A DNA stretch of 64,000 nucleotides from Harriotta raleighana (taxonomy: Eukaryota), in contig JBNZDD010013730.1 of NCBI GenBank assembly GCA_050575255.1, positions 7,966,012 to 8,030,011 on the forward strand. Reading direction: 5' to 3'. A program made the position numbers and the translations under genes. The notes under the pieces are model-generated. The model worked only from the letters and a program-made list of their open reading frames with translations, had not been told where the DNA came from and ran no database searches. Shown here piece after piece: positions 50,915 through 63,178 of the stretch (positions are counted from its first letter, which is position 1; each line of letters starts with the position of its first letter).

Positions 50915-51701
50915 TAAACCTATGTCCTCTTGTTCCATTCTTTTGGTGCATCCCAAAGTACTAATCTTAGTTTACGTTTACAAGTTCATTCATTTATAGA
51001 CATCTAAAAGATCCTCCCTGAGATTCTCAATTTTTCTGAGCTGGGGAAAACATTCTTTGCCTCTTTTTTCATTTCCCATGTATGACCAATTGACACCTTG
51101 TGCTGTATCACATTCACTGGAAGACACTTATCTTCGAAAGGCGCATGTAAAGATGACATTTTTGAAATACGTTTCATTTTCACTTTTTCAAGTTTTATGG
51201 TACTGTATATGGTTCTAACCACCATTTTGTTAACAGGAGCTGTAAAATGTCAAGCAGCAGATCAATGGCAACGCTATACAGAGAAAGGCTTTTGTGAAAC
51301 AATTAATCATTACATATGCAATTAGTCATTCTGGCATTTATGTTCATTTCAGCTTTTATATTCTACTTTTATTAAGTAAAAGTATACTTCATTTTTCTTC
51401 AAATGTGCAAAACTGTAGCGTGACCTTTCAATCCTTTCCCAATGAATAATTTGAATCCCTTTGTCCTTTAAGTCTCAATTTTCACCTAACTTAATACCCA
51501 AATTCTATTTCCCTGATTTCGAAGACCTAGTGTTACTCCATGACTGATCTGAGCACTGTTGCCAGTACACAATAATCTCGTAGCTGGTCCACTCTTCGTA
51601 CAGGTCTCTTTGTACTGAGTGAGCTGATAGAGACACCTATCATTTATTAATGGTCTGCCATATTTTAGACACAAGCTGAGCCAGATCCTGGTATCAAAAG
51701 G

Positions 51702-51716
51702 GGTTGAGAAACACTG
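51702..51716. mobile_element. Possible orphan hAT/Charlie-type terminus
   Basis: ggttgagaaacactg is the reverse complement of CAGTGTTTCTCAACC; no partner TIR found. Confidence 0.3.
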
Positions 51717-52427
51717 ATCTTCACCAGATGAGGAGCATCATGAAATCAGGACAGAGGTGGAGAAGCATGTTGTGTCAGATCAAACAGAATTACTAAAGGG
51801 AGTGATAACATAGCATAGACTGCTTTAAATTATTTTATTGCTCTCATAGATTTGTAACATTACCCTGACCCACCACCAAAGAACAAACCTTGCTTTGTCA
51901 ACTCGCAAACTGCTCTTGTGCTATATGGTATTTATTTGCCTCCATTTTTGTTTTGCTCACATGAATCAACAACAATAACTTGTGTTTTGTACAACACGCT
52001 TCATGTCTCAGATCGAAGGAATATTAATTAAATTGTACAGTTAATTTAAGGGGAGGGAAGGTGGAGACTGTGCTTATCATGGTTTAATTAAATCTAATAA
52101 TGTTAGGAGAGCAAGAGCTTGTTTATCATCCGGAATCAAATTTAGCTTTGTATCGGAGGAAATGCCAACCTCGTGTTCTGTAATATTGTGAATTAAGTAG
52201 ATAAGGTTAGAGATTTAAATGGAGATTAGAAGAACCCTATTTGACCTGCGCATTTGTCATTGCCACAGATGCTTTTTATTTATTAGCTATTGTTGGTTCC
52301 TTCATTTGCAGAGTGTCTTTCTCTGATTTTGAGCTATGAAGACAAATACACCCCTTGCTTTTGAAGTGAACTAGTGAAGTTCCTCTTGTCACTAAAGCCA
52401 TTTCCTGCCTACTTTGTAAAAGCTTTC

Positions 52428-52590
52428 TTTTATCCTTGCATTTGATACAGCGTTTTATCACATGTTTGAGATGTCCCCACACCCTTCACAGAATATACTG
52501 TAAAGTGAATTAGCTGGATATTTTGTGGGCAAAACGCTGCAGCCAATTGCACACAGCAGTGTCCCACAAACAGTTTGCAGATTGAGTGAT
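52428..52590 (-). mobile_element. SINE 3' half
   Basis: atccttgcatttgatacagcg..cttcacagaatatactgtaaagtgaatt..gcagccaattgcacacagcagtgtcccacaaac. Confidence 0.88.
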
Positions 52591-55249
52591 CTTTTTTTTA
52601 AAATTGTGTAACAGCAACAAAGTGTTGTAAGGATGTTGACTTCCCCACAACAGTCTTCACTAAGTGATTAAGCCAGAGTCTTTTGTTGCTTCCCTGGCCC
52701 TGCAGATGTTCATCCATTCATGGGGCAAGAGAATGGAGGGCTAATGGAAGAAATCTGTTTGATACCTTTAAGTCTTCACATTCTCTCCAGGTAGAGTGCA
52801 AAGCCTCTTCGGAGTGTTCTTATCTCTCAAGAGGCCTCCAAATAGCAAATTCCAAAGAATTACTCAGGACTCAGAACAATCTCCCTGATGACCACTTATA
52901 TTTATGTACAGTTAAAGTTAGAGTAGGTATTTTGGGATATGATTATGGTAGTGCTACAACAATCTCCACAGCAAAAGGTGGTTTGATGTATATGGAAACC
53001 ATCACTTTCAAACTAAGATTTGTCACAGTGTTTTCACACGTACACAGCAATGAAATGAAAATAGAGAAGCGGTAAATGTTTTTTTTTTTCAGTTGTCTGA
53101 ACTGCAGCAGTCAAAGCAGAAGGATAACTATAGACCTGGAAGAAATGAATCACAGGAAAGCAGCCCCACAACTCTAGTTTGTAATAACATGGTTTGACTT
53201 TCCCTCGATGGTGCTGGAGAGACCCATATTGTGCACCAATTTAAAAGTACATTAATCACAGCACCAATTTTATCCCTCCACGGAGAGAGTGTGCCTTCCT
53301 TTCCAGACAAAGGAAAATGTCAACATGTAGGTGGTATGCGTATGTGGGATCTGTCAGTCTGCTTTGGAAACTCTTACTTATGTTTGATGGGTATCCGTAT
53401 GTGTCATACACCCGGCTGCCCAAAACAAATCCTTCCTTTGTAGAAATGGAAGTTTTAGGCTGGAAATCTGTTAGTAATACAGTGTATATGGCAACTGCTT
53501 TAAGGATATTACACTGATTTATAGTGATATCTAATTAATCTTTTTGAACACAGATTCTAATTCCGTAATAGAGAACGTGACACGTCACTGAAAGCGCATT
53601 AAACTGATGCCCAGAATTCCCAGAAATCATATTTTGCCTTTACATGGATTCGTGCATGTTCGTGTGCTGGATTCTACTTACAGTATTTAGGCTTGGAGTT
53701 TATATTAAAAACTTCCAGTAAAATTGTTCATCATCATTATTCTCTGCAGTCAGATCATACTTTACTATTTGTTACGACAATATTATATCTTTTTCAGTTG
53801 TCTCATCACAGTTGAGAGGAGACAATTAATAAGTGACTTGAACACATTCTGGTTTGAAGTCAGCAAGCTGCAACCAATGAATGAACCCTGGTGTAATTAT
53901 CCACACTGGATAGCCTCAGGCTTGCACACTATCCTCATGTGGAAAAAGAAATTCCCTTTCTAGAGTAACCAGACTTCTTCCTGCAATGCTAAAAGAAACA
54001 ACTCTTGAAGCAGTGGCTGAATCAGAGAAAGCAAGGCTTAAAGACAGTGCTTACCAGTAGGCAGATAAATTGACTAACAAGTGAATAACAGCTGAACATA
54101 TAGCCAGGAAGATAACCAAAAATAGCATGACAAAATTTAAAGTCGAGCAGTTTGTTTGGAATGAGTGTTGAGGGTGGGGCATGAGAATGAGGAGGGGAAT
54201 AGGATGAGGACCAAAGGGGAAAATAATCAATTGACCACCATGCTTTTAACGTCGGAGATGCCACACATATTCAGGTAATTAACTGGTGTCAAACATGGCA
54301 TCTTTTCTAACTGCTTGTATCTTCTGCATAATCTACTAAGCAATTTTCCTCTTCTGGTAATTGTTTTAATATAGCTCCCTATATGGTCAAAGGGCACAAT
54401 TATATGTGATACAGTTGGAATCGTACAATTTTCTTTTGTTAATCAAAGTCTAAATAAGTGATTGATATGACTTTAAGCATGCACCCAAGTGGCTTGAAAT
54501 CCTATCATAAATGATTACAATCTGGCAGCACTCATCTTTGTACTCATTTTCCCTTGGTTCAAGATTATTCATTTGCTCTTGTTTCGAGATTATCACAGCA
54601 ATGCCTTAGTGAATTTTTTTTGAACTAGAGATGGGTTGTTTTGGCAATCATCCTTATCTTTCTGAAGCTTCTTATAGCGTCTTAAATACATCAGGGAACT
54701 GGTAGTGATACTATCTCCTCTCTGATCTGCCCATTCTCCGTGACAGCAGTCCTTGAGGATTACTTTGAGTTTCAATTGTTTCTGTCGTTTCCCTGCAAAC
54801 AAACCAATACAAACAAGACTTTTCCCCTTCCCCACCCCCCTTTAGACATCAAAGCAAAGGCAACGGGTTATTTTATACCTCCCCGTATTTCTTATTGTTA
54901 CACAAGATAAGTTAATCTAACTAATTCCCCTCAATTGATTAGCTGTGCCAGGTTTTTAACTAACATGGTGAAGCTCCTATCCGCGACCCAAATTGTTTCA
55001 TCTTGTGCTTAACCTGTTGATCTTTAACATGAAACAAAACATTTTGGCACTGTCTTCCTGTTTGCTCTTGGGACTTTAGGATCCATGTTATGGGATCCAT
55101 ACTAATGTCAGGGAAATGCTGACTGCACTCAGAACAAAAGCCATCGTGAAATATTTAAACAAAGTCCTGCCTAACATTTCATGTTTGTGTGAGACTTGCT
55201 CTTTCAAAAATGCTTTACCACTCACCATAAAAAAAAATTGGGGGGGGGA

Positions 55250-55378
55250 GTTGTTTGCCCACAAAAACACTGCTGCTAAACTTTACAGTAAATCCCGTGA
55301 AGTGCTTTGAGGCATCTTCCTGGCATGAAAGGTATTATATCAAATACAAGGATAATTATTTGTTATTATTAATAATAA
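55250..55378 (+). mobile_element. SINE 3' fragment
   Basis: gcccacaaaa..ctttacagta..gtgaagtgctttgaggcatc..atgaaaggtattatatcaaatacaagg(att)n. Confidence 0.75.
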
Positions 55379-56671
55379 TTCTGATGCATTTTTTATTACA
55401 TTAATATGAGTTTTGAACTCATAATCGAGTCAACTCTGATTTCATGAGACCAACTAAAACATTTATTTTACTATTTCAGTTCCCTCACCTGTCCTTTTAA
55501 ATAATATGTTAACCGAATGTCCAAAACAAAATCTAACTTTGACTCATTTCAAATTTTACGTGATACTATTTTAAATATTCTCGTCTATGTCTCATATTTT
55601 GTTTATTGCTTCTGGTTCTTGTTCTTTGCAGAGTTCCATCGAGAAAAATACCTCAAACTGAACAGCTGAAAAACTGCCAAAGGCAGATTTATATTGAAAA
55701 CAAAAAAATAGCACAACAAAGTCATAGGTAAAAGACTTCAAAGCAATACCACACAGATTAAATCTTACCTTTGAGTCAATGCCATGTACACCAGAAAGAA
55801 TCAAGCTTGTTAATTTCTTAAACTTTGCTTTGGGGATGAATTGCAATTGATCAATACTTTCTTAAAACTCACTGGAACCAAAATATACACTCATATTGAC
55901 ATTATTGAACCATATTTATAATCCCTAGTACTATAGCTTTATACAGTATTTCTATTAAAATCAGATTACGTTGGAAAACCACAATGGCAATTTCCAAGGT
56001 TATCTGCAGAATTGTTTATAAAATTTCTTTTAAACAATGACAAGAACAAAGGCAAAAGATTCAAATTTAACATCAACAAAATTACATTTGTATAGCACCT
56101 TTCATATTGGGAAGATTTCCCAAGAAATAATTAAGATATTATTCATTTTGATAATTATAAGATCTGAGAAGATTATGAACTACAGAAATAACTATTGCAC
56201 ATGTTGTAAGGTAACTGGAAATCTCTGAAGAACACTGTGTAATTGTCTATATTTGTCAGTATCAAGAAATTATTTCTAAGCGCACCATTTCTGAGCTCAG
56301 TACTAACTCCCCATCACAAGTAGTCTTACTCTGTAAAAAATATTTATGCAGTAAATCTTGCACCATCGCATGTAATTCCTTGTATTATTAATACCTCAGG
56401 TGTATAATTAGGCCAACATTTAACATGATATGTGTAATGTTTGCCAAAGGCATTGCAGAACACCAACAGTTTGGCATCACTCCAAAGTTGATAGACCATA
56501 TCCTCATAGATGCTATTGCTGTTTTTTGGAACAGGCTTTCTTGAACTTAAAGAACAGATCAATTAATTGACATCTGACCATATACTAGTGTCGAGTAGGA
56601 AATCAGGAAAAAAATGAAACCTTATTAGTGAGTCAACAGGGCAAAAAAATGGCAAAATTAAGATTCCTTGT

Positions 56672-56830
56672 TCATTCAATCCACGACTGTCTGTGGGACA
56701 TTGTTATTCACAATTGGCTGCTGCATTGTGCCCACAAAATATACTGTCAATTCACTTCACAGTGTATTTCTGAAGTGCTTTGAGGCATTTTGACATGATT
56801 AGGTGCCATATCAAATGCAAGATTTATTAA
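56672..56830 (+). mobile_element. SINE 3' half
   Basis: caatccacgactgtctgtgggaca..caattggctgc..cccacaaaatatactgtcaattcactt..atcaaatgcaag. Confidence 0.85.
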
Positions 56831-57156
56831 TGTTCCATTTGAACTTCTCTTCTGATGATTGTGGGAATTGGGACTTATTTCTTAATGAGTGACCCTTCTC
56901 TTTCATGGCTCATGGGAGTTTAAATAAAGGGGCTTATATTATCTATTGCATTTTAGAACAGGGTGGAAACTGTTATTACCTTGGGGTAAAGTTTGCATTT
57001 TTTTTTGTATTTAATTTCCTTGTGCTAATTAACACATGGAAACATCTTATAATACACCACGGACTTTAGGTTCTTGTTTTTGTTGCTTCTTGTTGAATTG
57101 TTCCCAACTCCTCAATTCACAATAAGTTTATTTTTTAGTTTCTGATGGTTGTAGTC

Positions 57157-57361
57157 TCTGGAACTCCGTTCCTCACTCCCTTCGCCTCGCCCTGCTCCTC
57201 CCAATTTCAGGTCTCAGCTAAAAGACCTTTCTCTTCGACTGCGCCTTTGGTCACCTTTCTACCCCTGCCCCTGACTCGGTCCCGGGATCCGTTATTGTGA
57301 AGCGCTCTGAGACCCCGTCTGGCGTGGAGGGTGCTATATAAATCAAAGTTATTGTTGTTGT
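57157..57361 (+). mobile_element. L2 LINE 3' end
   Basis: ctctggaactccgttcct..aagacctttctcttcgactgcgcctttgg..gaagcgctctgagacc..ggtgctatataaat..(gtt)n. Confidence 0.9.
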
Positions 57362-60300
57362 ACACTGGATGCTTCCAATCTCAGGCAGAATGGAAATAAG
57401 GAAGATAAATGAAAGCAAAGCTAAGCTTGTGCTTGAATAATGAATAATAAGAGTTTCAAACAAAGTAGAAGCACTCATGCGCAGAGCTGGTATGATAATT
57501 CATACCTAGTTCCATATACTGTAGTTCTACTGGGCACAACACACACACATTCCAGCTAAAAGAAAGTAGCATTTGCTGAGCCAGAGTAAAATAGCAGCTT
57601 TGTCTCATGGAAACTACAGACGTAGCAAACAAAACTACAGCTACCTACACAATTCTTTTAATCCAAGTACAGTATAATGCTCTGATTACGTTAACATCCT
57701 ATACTGCCGTCCTCAGAACGTAGGAGTAGAAAAAGACCAGCTGACTTCTTGAAACAAGGTTCAGAGACCGTCATTTCCGAGATAGGAAAAGGCCTGATTC
57801 TGTGCACATGTAGGTGCAAACTGGCACTGTTTATAATGTTTGTAATATTTCAGCATCTAAAGTTTCCATTAATCATGTAAACCATAAGTAAATGATACTG
57901 TAACTTCCCTTCTTAACAGAATCATCAGTCAGGGTTTTTGCATTTGAGGGGTTAAGAATTCTAGATGACAAGTGCTTTTCCAATGACATTACTGAATCCC
58001 CAATGCCTTGTCACTGCAGAAACTCGGAAACTAACTTGGTATTCAGCCAAAAACACATTCCCTAAAGAACAAGCTTTATTATATTGAAATCTAAGGGCTG
58101 TTTACACTCCAGGCATGAAGGCTGTGGATTAACTGAAAGCATCTGCGATATCTGTAAAATGTCAAGTGGAATATTCTCTACGTATTGTATGTCGAGTGTG
58201 TAATCTATAGATCATGCCCTCTACTCAGCTGTAATTACAAGCCAGTTGAATGGTTTGTTAGAGTCTTGTCAAAGTTTTGCATTCAAATGACTAAGTTCTT
58301 TTATTTAGCATTAAGAAAGATGATGCAGGTCAACAGCTGTCAGAGATCATTGTTTTTAAAATGAGAGAAGCGTACATTAAGATAAATGGCTTTGCTTCTA
58401 CTCTATGATTTGTTATACATTCACTTAATCCCCAAATGGGATTTAATAAATAAAACAGTGCAATATGCTCACATTAACATTGTGGTTAATAACATGTCTT
58501 TTATATTTGAAAACTTATATTTAGAACTTTATTTAAAATTCTAGGTTTGAAAGAACACTGTTTAAGTTTGGACGCACTCCATCATCACTCCTATCAAACT
58601 GAGCTTCATCCATTTGTATCGTGTGCAGTGGAGATTTTCCAAGAAGTATATCCTATTGAGTTCTGATAACCCTAAGAATTGTGAAAGAGTGAAATCCATA
58701 CGCTTCGAGCTGATGTTGCTCCATTGCTTTTATGGTTTGAGAATTGCTGATCAGCATGAGCCTGACAGATTTAATATAGACGTGTCTCTCATGTGACATC
58801 ATGAAGACGAAATTCCACTCCAATTCCCTGATTCAAACTCACCCCGAGAGTGCTGCTCACTTACTTGTTCTCATTCTGGCTGACAAGTGTCCCAGAATCC
58901 ATTGAATGTCACGAAACACCACAGTGTCTTTCTTTGTGCTTACCTATGAGCACAAATCTGGCATCTTAGCACAAAACACATGAAACACATTACAGTATAT
59001 TGACACACACATTTGGGGAGTCTCTCAGGGCACTGCCACAAACTAGAACAGATCATCTGGATGAGGTCTGGATACTGGACTCAGTTTAAAAAAGACTCTT
59101 TGCTTTGATGAGCGATCAGTGGTTTGGTTATTTTGGGAGATGTAATCAAGGGGACTGAAGATGCCTTGTTCATCCAAACTTATCTTCTGATTTTATTCAG
59201 GATGTTCCTACATGTTTGTGCATTTTTAGTAGTGGCGTAGGTTTATTGGACCTATATTAAATCTAACCCAGCATAATTCAGGAACCCATAGGATTGATCT
59301 GCCTATGTTTGAAACGTAACAAAGAGATATTAGTAGGAAAGTCTTATTGACTAACATCTGTGCTCTCCTCCCCTCCCTCCCTCTCCCTGAACGCATTGGT
59401 CAACAGTTTTACTTTATTAATTATGGGCTATTCTGAGTGGAAGTGATAATACATAACATGATGAATGTATGCTGTGCATTCATTTTAATAAGTATAAGCG
59501 GGTCATTAGTTTAACTCAGCCTAAATTAATTTCTGAACTTTTACTGCTGACTGTCAAAATGAACCCGTTGCTTTAGCTGGATTAATCCTGTAACCAGAGG
59601 TTTTATTATTCTCTTAATAATCTTGCCCCCAACCATGCCAGATTAATGATATCAATATCATAACTGATCCCATTTGACAAATCAGGTGAGTACCATGTGT
59701 TGATCAGCTTGCTGCTATGTGTTCCAACAGATACCATCTTTTTTTTTTTACACACACATGCCACATCCCTATCAATGCATCGCATGATTTTATTTGGAGA
59801 TAGGGCAGGGATTTCTCTCAGCATCTTGAACAATCTTATTTTCTTGATTTAAACACATCACCAGGAGATTAACAGTGATTCATATCATTGCTGCTTCTCG
59901 GTTGGTGTTGGTGCAGATTGGATGGTTCGTGGCATAAATCACTCGACTTCACTTGGAAAAAGTGTCCTGGGATATTTCAATGTAATAAAGGGCCACATAA
60001 AAATGCAATGATTATTGCAACAAAGTAAATTCTCTACTTACATCGTTCCATAATAATAACTTTTTTGTCTTCTCTGCTACTAATTATCCCAGTATAGGTG
60101 AGCACCATAATAACACATTGTCTTGCTCTACTGACTATTCCATCTAAAAAATGATGCTCTATTCATAACCAGCAGGTGTCTTAATTTGCATTCTTCACCT
60201 CTTACTGCAGGTTGTGAACACGTTGACAGCAACAAACATCTAAGATTGCAGAATATTAACAGAAGGTTAGGCACAGCAAGAAAAGTGATACGTTATGTGT

Positions 60301-60706
60301 AGTTCCAACTGTATTTACTCATGAAGGCGATTATCAGCAATGTTCACTGAGCTGCCTGGTAGAAATTACATCTGGGTTGAGATTTACTCTATTGATGTAA
60401 CATTTTGACACATCCAGTAGTTGTCAAATTCTGAAATGCAGTTTTTTTTCTGCCCGTTTCTTTTCCGAATCAGAGGAAATGGGCTTCAGCGTAAAACCTG
60501 AATTCAATAATTTCCCAAATTCTGCACATTCTGAAATGCTATATAAACAGAGTAAATATAGAGCAGGTGTAATTTTACCCCACAAGTATCTATTCAAAGC
60601 ATGGTATTGTTGAAGGTCAGACCTATGATCCAGCCAACTTAAAAAATGTTGAGAATGCAATTTTCTTGCTTAACTTGCTACCAACAATATTCCTGTAAAG
60701 AATACT

Positions 60707-60932
60707 GGGCCTGAAATTCAATCTCATTTTAGCCTAAAAGATGGTTTTGTCTTAACGTTTCTGATCACATTCTTGATCATCAACCGTTCTTGAATTCAGT
60801 CTTAACATAGAAGCCAGTTTTTCTAAGGAACTGTAGAAAAAACAACTCTAAAATTCAAACTGAATTTAAGCATTTTCCACACTTTTCTCATACATTTTAA
60901 CACAGGCTAAGACTAGGTGGAATTGTGGACCC
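60707..60932. mobile_element. Short GGG...CCC-ended MITE with about 30-bp imperfect TIRs
   Basis: Left gggcctgaaattcaatctcattttagcct; right aggctaagactaggtggaattgtggaccc; related end at 33902. Confidence 0.7.
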
Positions 60933-61912
60933 AGTTGAGACTGTTCCCTTGAAGACAGCTCTGTAAATAACTGAATGGGAGCATAAGGACAGATGGATGG
61001 AGCTACATTCTGTGAATAGGTACTCCGTTGACAAATTGGCTGATGAAGATTAACGTGCACTTGGAGGCTTATGTAGCTTCTAGTGATGTACAGAAATATG
61101 TTAAGTGTTGAATCCGGTGTTTTAGAAGTAGCATTAAATACGCTCTTGAAAGGATGCCCAGAAGCATTCCAGGTTGAAAGGCTTTAAGTGATGCCATAAC
61201 CTTCTTTGCTGGTCAAAATCTGTTTTTCTTTCCATTTTCAATTACTGTGACTTGCATGGAATAAAAATAATATATTAATATAATAAAGCAGAGAAATCTT
61301 ATCTTAATTCCACCACTAAACAGGCAATTGAATTTGACAGATTGCATTGTTAAAAATATATGAATTCCTATGTATGTATAGTATTTCATATTTAAATAAA
61401 TCTTTCCACTGAACATTTTCAGATTGCTTTCCTTACTCCCACTACATCCCTACACTATTCTGTACCCCAGAGTGCAGGTAGATGTCTTACTATGAGGTCT
61501 CTGGCTATGATTGACTTCTCCCACATATGACTTTACTCTCTGTGGGGAAAGATATTGCTTGTTCTTAATGTCTCCCTGATGATATAGTTTTAAAAGTGGG
61601 TCATTTGGTCCATCGAGCCCGGTCTGCCATTTTATTACTTCATAGCATCTCTCTCTTCGTACAATTTCCCCACAGTTTTTCCATCTGTCTTCAAACCATA
61701 ACTTCCATGTGTTCTTTGTGAGGAATTATATTGTCCATTCAGCTAGTTGTTTACTGTAATATTGATTTTCGTATTGCTTGAAGATTTGATGTATGTAAAT
61801 GTAGTGACTTTGACAATGATTCAAAATCTAAGTACTTAGATCTCTCATGGTCACAATAACAGCAGTGGAGGTGATTGTAGATACAGATTGTGAAATCTCT
61901 CATAGAGATTGT

Positions 61913-62207
61913 GGAGTCCTGTAGCTCAGTGGTGAGAACACCCGCCTCGCAAGCGAGACATCTGGGTTTGATTCCAGGCAGGGCGAAACCTTGGACAAGT
62001 TTCCTTACTCCACACTAATAATAAAATTATAAAAATAATAATAAAAAAGATTGGTCATCTCAATCCACGATTGTTTGTGGGAAAACAAAATATACCATCA
62101 ATTCACTTTATATACTGTATATTCACTTTACAGTATATTCTGTGAAGCGCTTTGTGACATCTAGAAGATATGAAAAGTGCTATATCAAATGCAAGGATTA
62201 ATATTAT
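61913..62207 (+). mobile_element. Near full-length tRNA-derived SINE (internal deletion in the Deu-like part)
   Basis: ggagtcctgtagctcagtggtgagaac..gggtttgattcc..gggcgaaaccttggacaagtttcc..tail atcaaatgcaaggatt. Confidence 0.92.
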
Positions 62208-62212
62208 TTACC

Positions 62213-62383
62213 ATTATTATATGAGCATGGTATGGTTTATTTAAACTGATGTGACTTATCAGACACTGTAAAAGCTCTTTTATAGAAATTGCACAATACA
62301 GGAATACACATTCATGTTTTATAATTAACATGATTTGAATTAATAACTTGGCAATGCCTATTAAAACCTTCTTTGTTAATTAC
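62213..62383 (+). repeat. Second copy of the about 175-bp SINE-adjacent segment (see 39920-40096)
   Basis: Direct alignment by eye. Confidence 0.95.
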
Positions 62384-62459
62384 AGCTATTTTCAGAATTC
62401 TACCACATCAGATATATTTTTAAACAATTAGCACACTGGTGTATAAAGGAAGCGAACGA

Positions 62460-62562
62460 TTAATAAAAATCATCCTTGCATAGTGCTTTATCACGTCATC
62501 AAAATGTTTCAAAATGCTTCATAGGATTTACTATAAAATGTAGTGATTGTGTATTTGTAGAC
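62460..62562 (-). mobile_element. Degenerate SINE 3' fragment
   Basis: atcatccttgcatagtgctttatcacgtc..gtttcaaaatgcttca..tgtatttgtagacaaa. Confidence 0.6.
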
Positions 62563-62586
62563 AAATGTGTCAGTGATTGAGTGAGC

Positions 62587-62644
62587 GAATGAATGAATGT
62601 ATGAATGAATCTATGAATGAATGAATGAATGTATTAATGAATGA
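62587..62644. repeat. Imperfect (GAAT)n microsatellite
   Basis: Direct reading. Confidence 0.9.
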
Positions 62645-63155
62645 GTACAAATCCTCCAGATACAGTAATTGTATGGCATTTGTAACCATTTGCTCAGTTG
62701 ACTGTTTAGCTCGGTTGTATTAGACTGAGATGACACCAATTAACTCATCACGGAAACCCTCAATCAAGACTGACACTTGGACATCAGAAATATTTCAGAG
62801 GCACAATTATCCAATCAAGATGGGCATAAATAGCAGATGTCTACAAGCAAGAAAAGAGATGGCACATTGCTTTTTTTTATGTTTGTTAAAACAACCATCC
62901 ATAATAGCATTCTCTTTGCCTTCTCACGTCCAGCAATCCATCTTCAATCTAAACAAGCAGTCATGCAAGGAACCTATTAGTGCTTGGTGTAGCAGACAAC
63001 AGTCCCATTTGTTTTCATTGCTGCATGCAAAGTGATCCCATAGTTAACAAGGTTCACAAATTATTTATATACCTTTGTGTTTGTGTATTGTGCCAAAACA
63101 TTATCCATTTTATGATTTTGCTGGCAGAAGATACTGTGAATTAAACAATGGGTTT

Positions 63156-63178
63156 AGAGAGAGAGAGAGAGAGAGAGA
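63156..63178. repeat. (AG)n microsatellite
   Basis: Direct reading. Confidence 0.95.

Noticed and set aside
54593-54835. 80-aa minus-strand ORF with charged residues
   Set aside because: No recognisable domain or splice context; better explained as an incidental ORF in a CNE-like block
60211-60265. 55-nt plus-strand exon candidate
   Set aside because: Good acceptor but weak donor, short unrecognised peptide and no supporting gene structure
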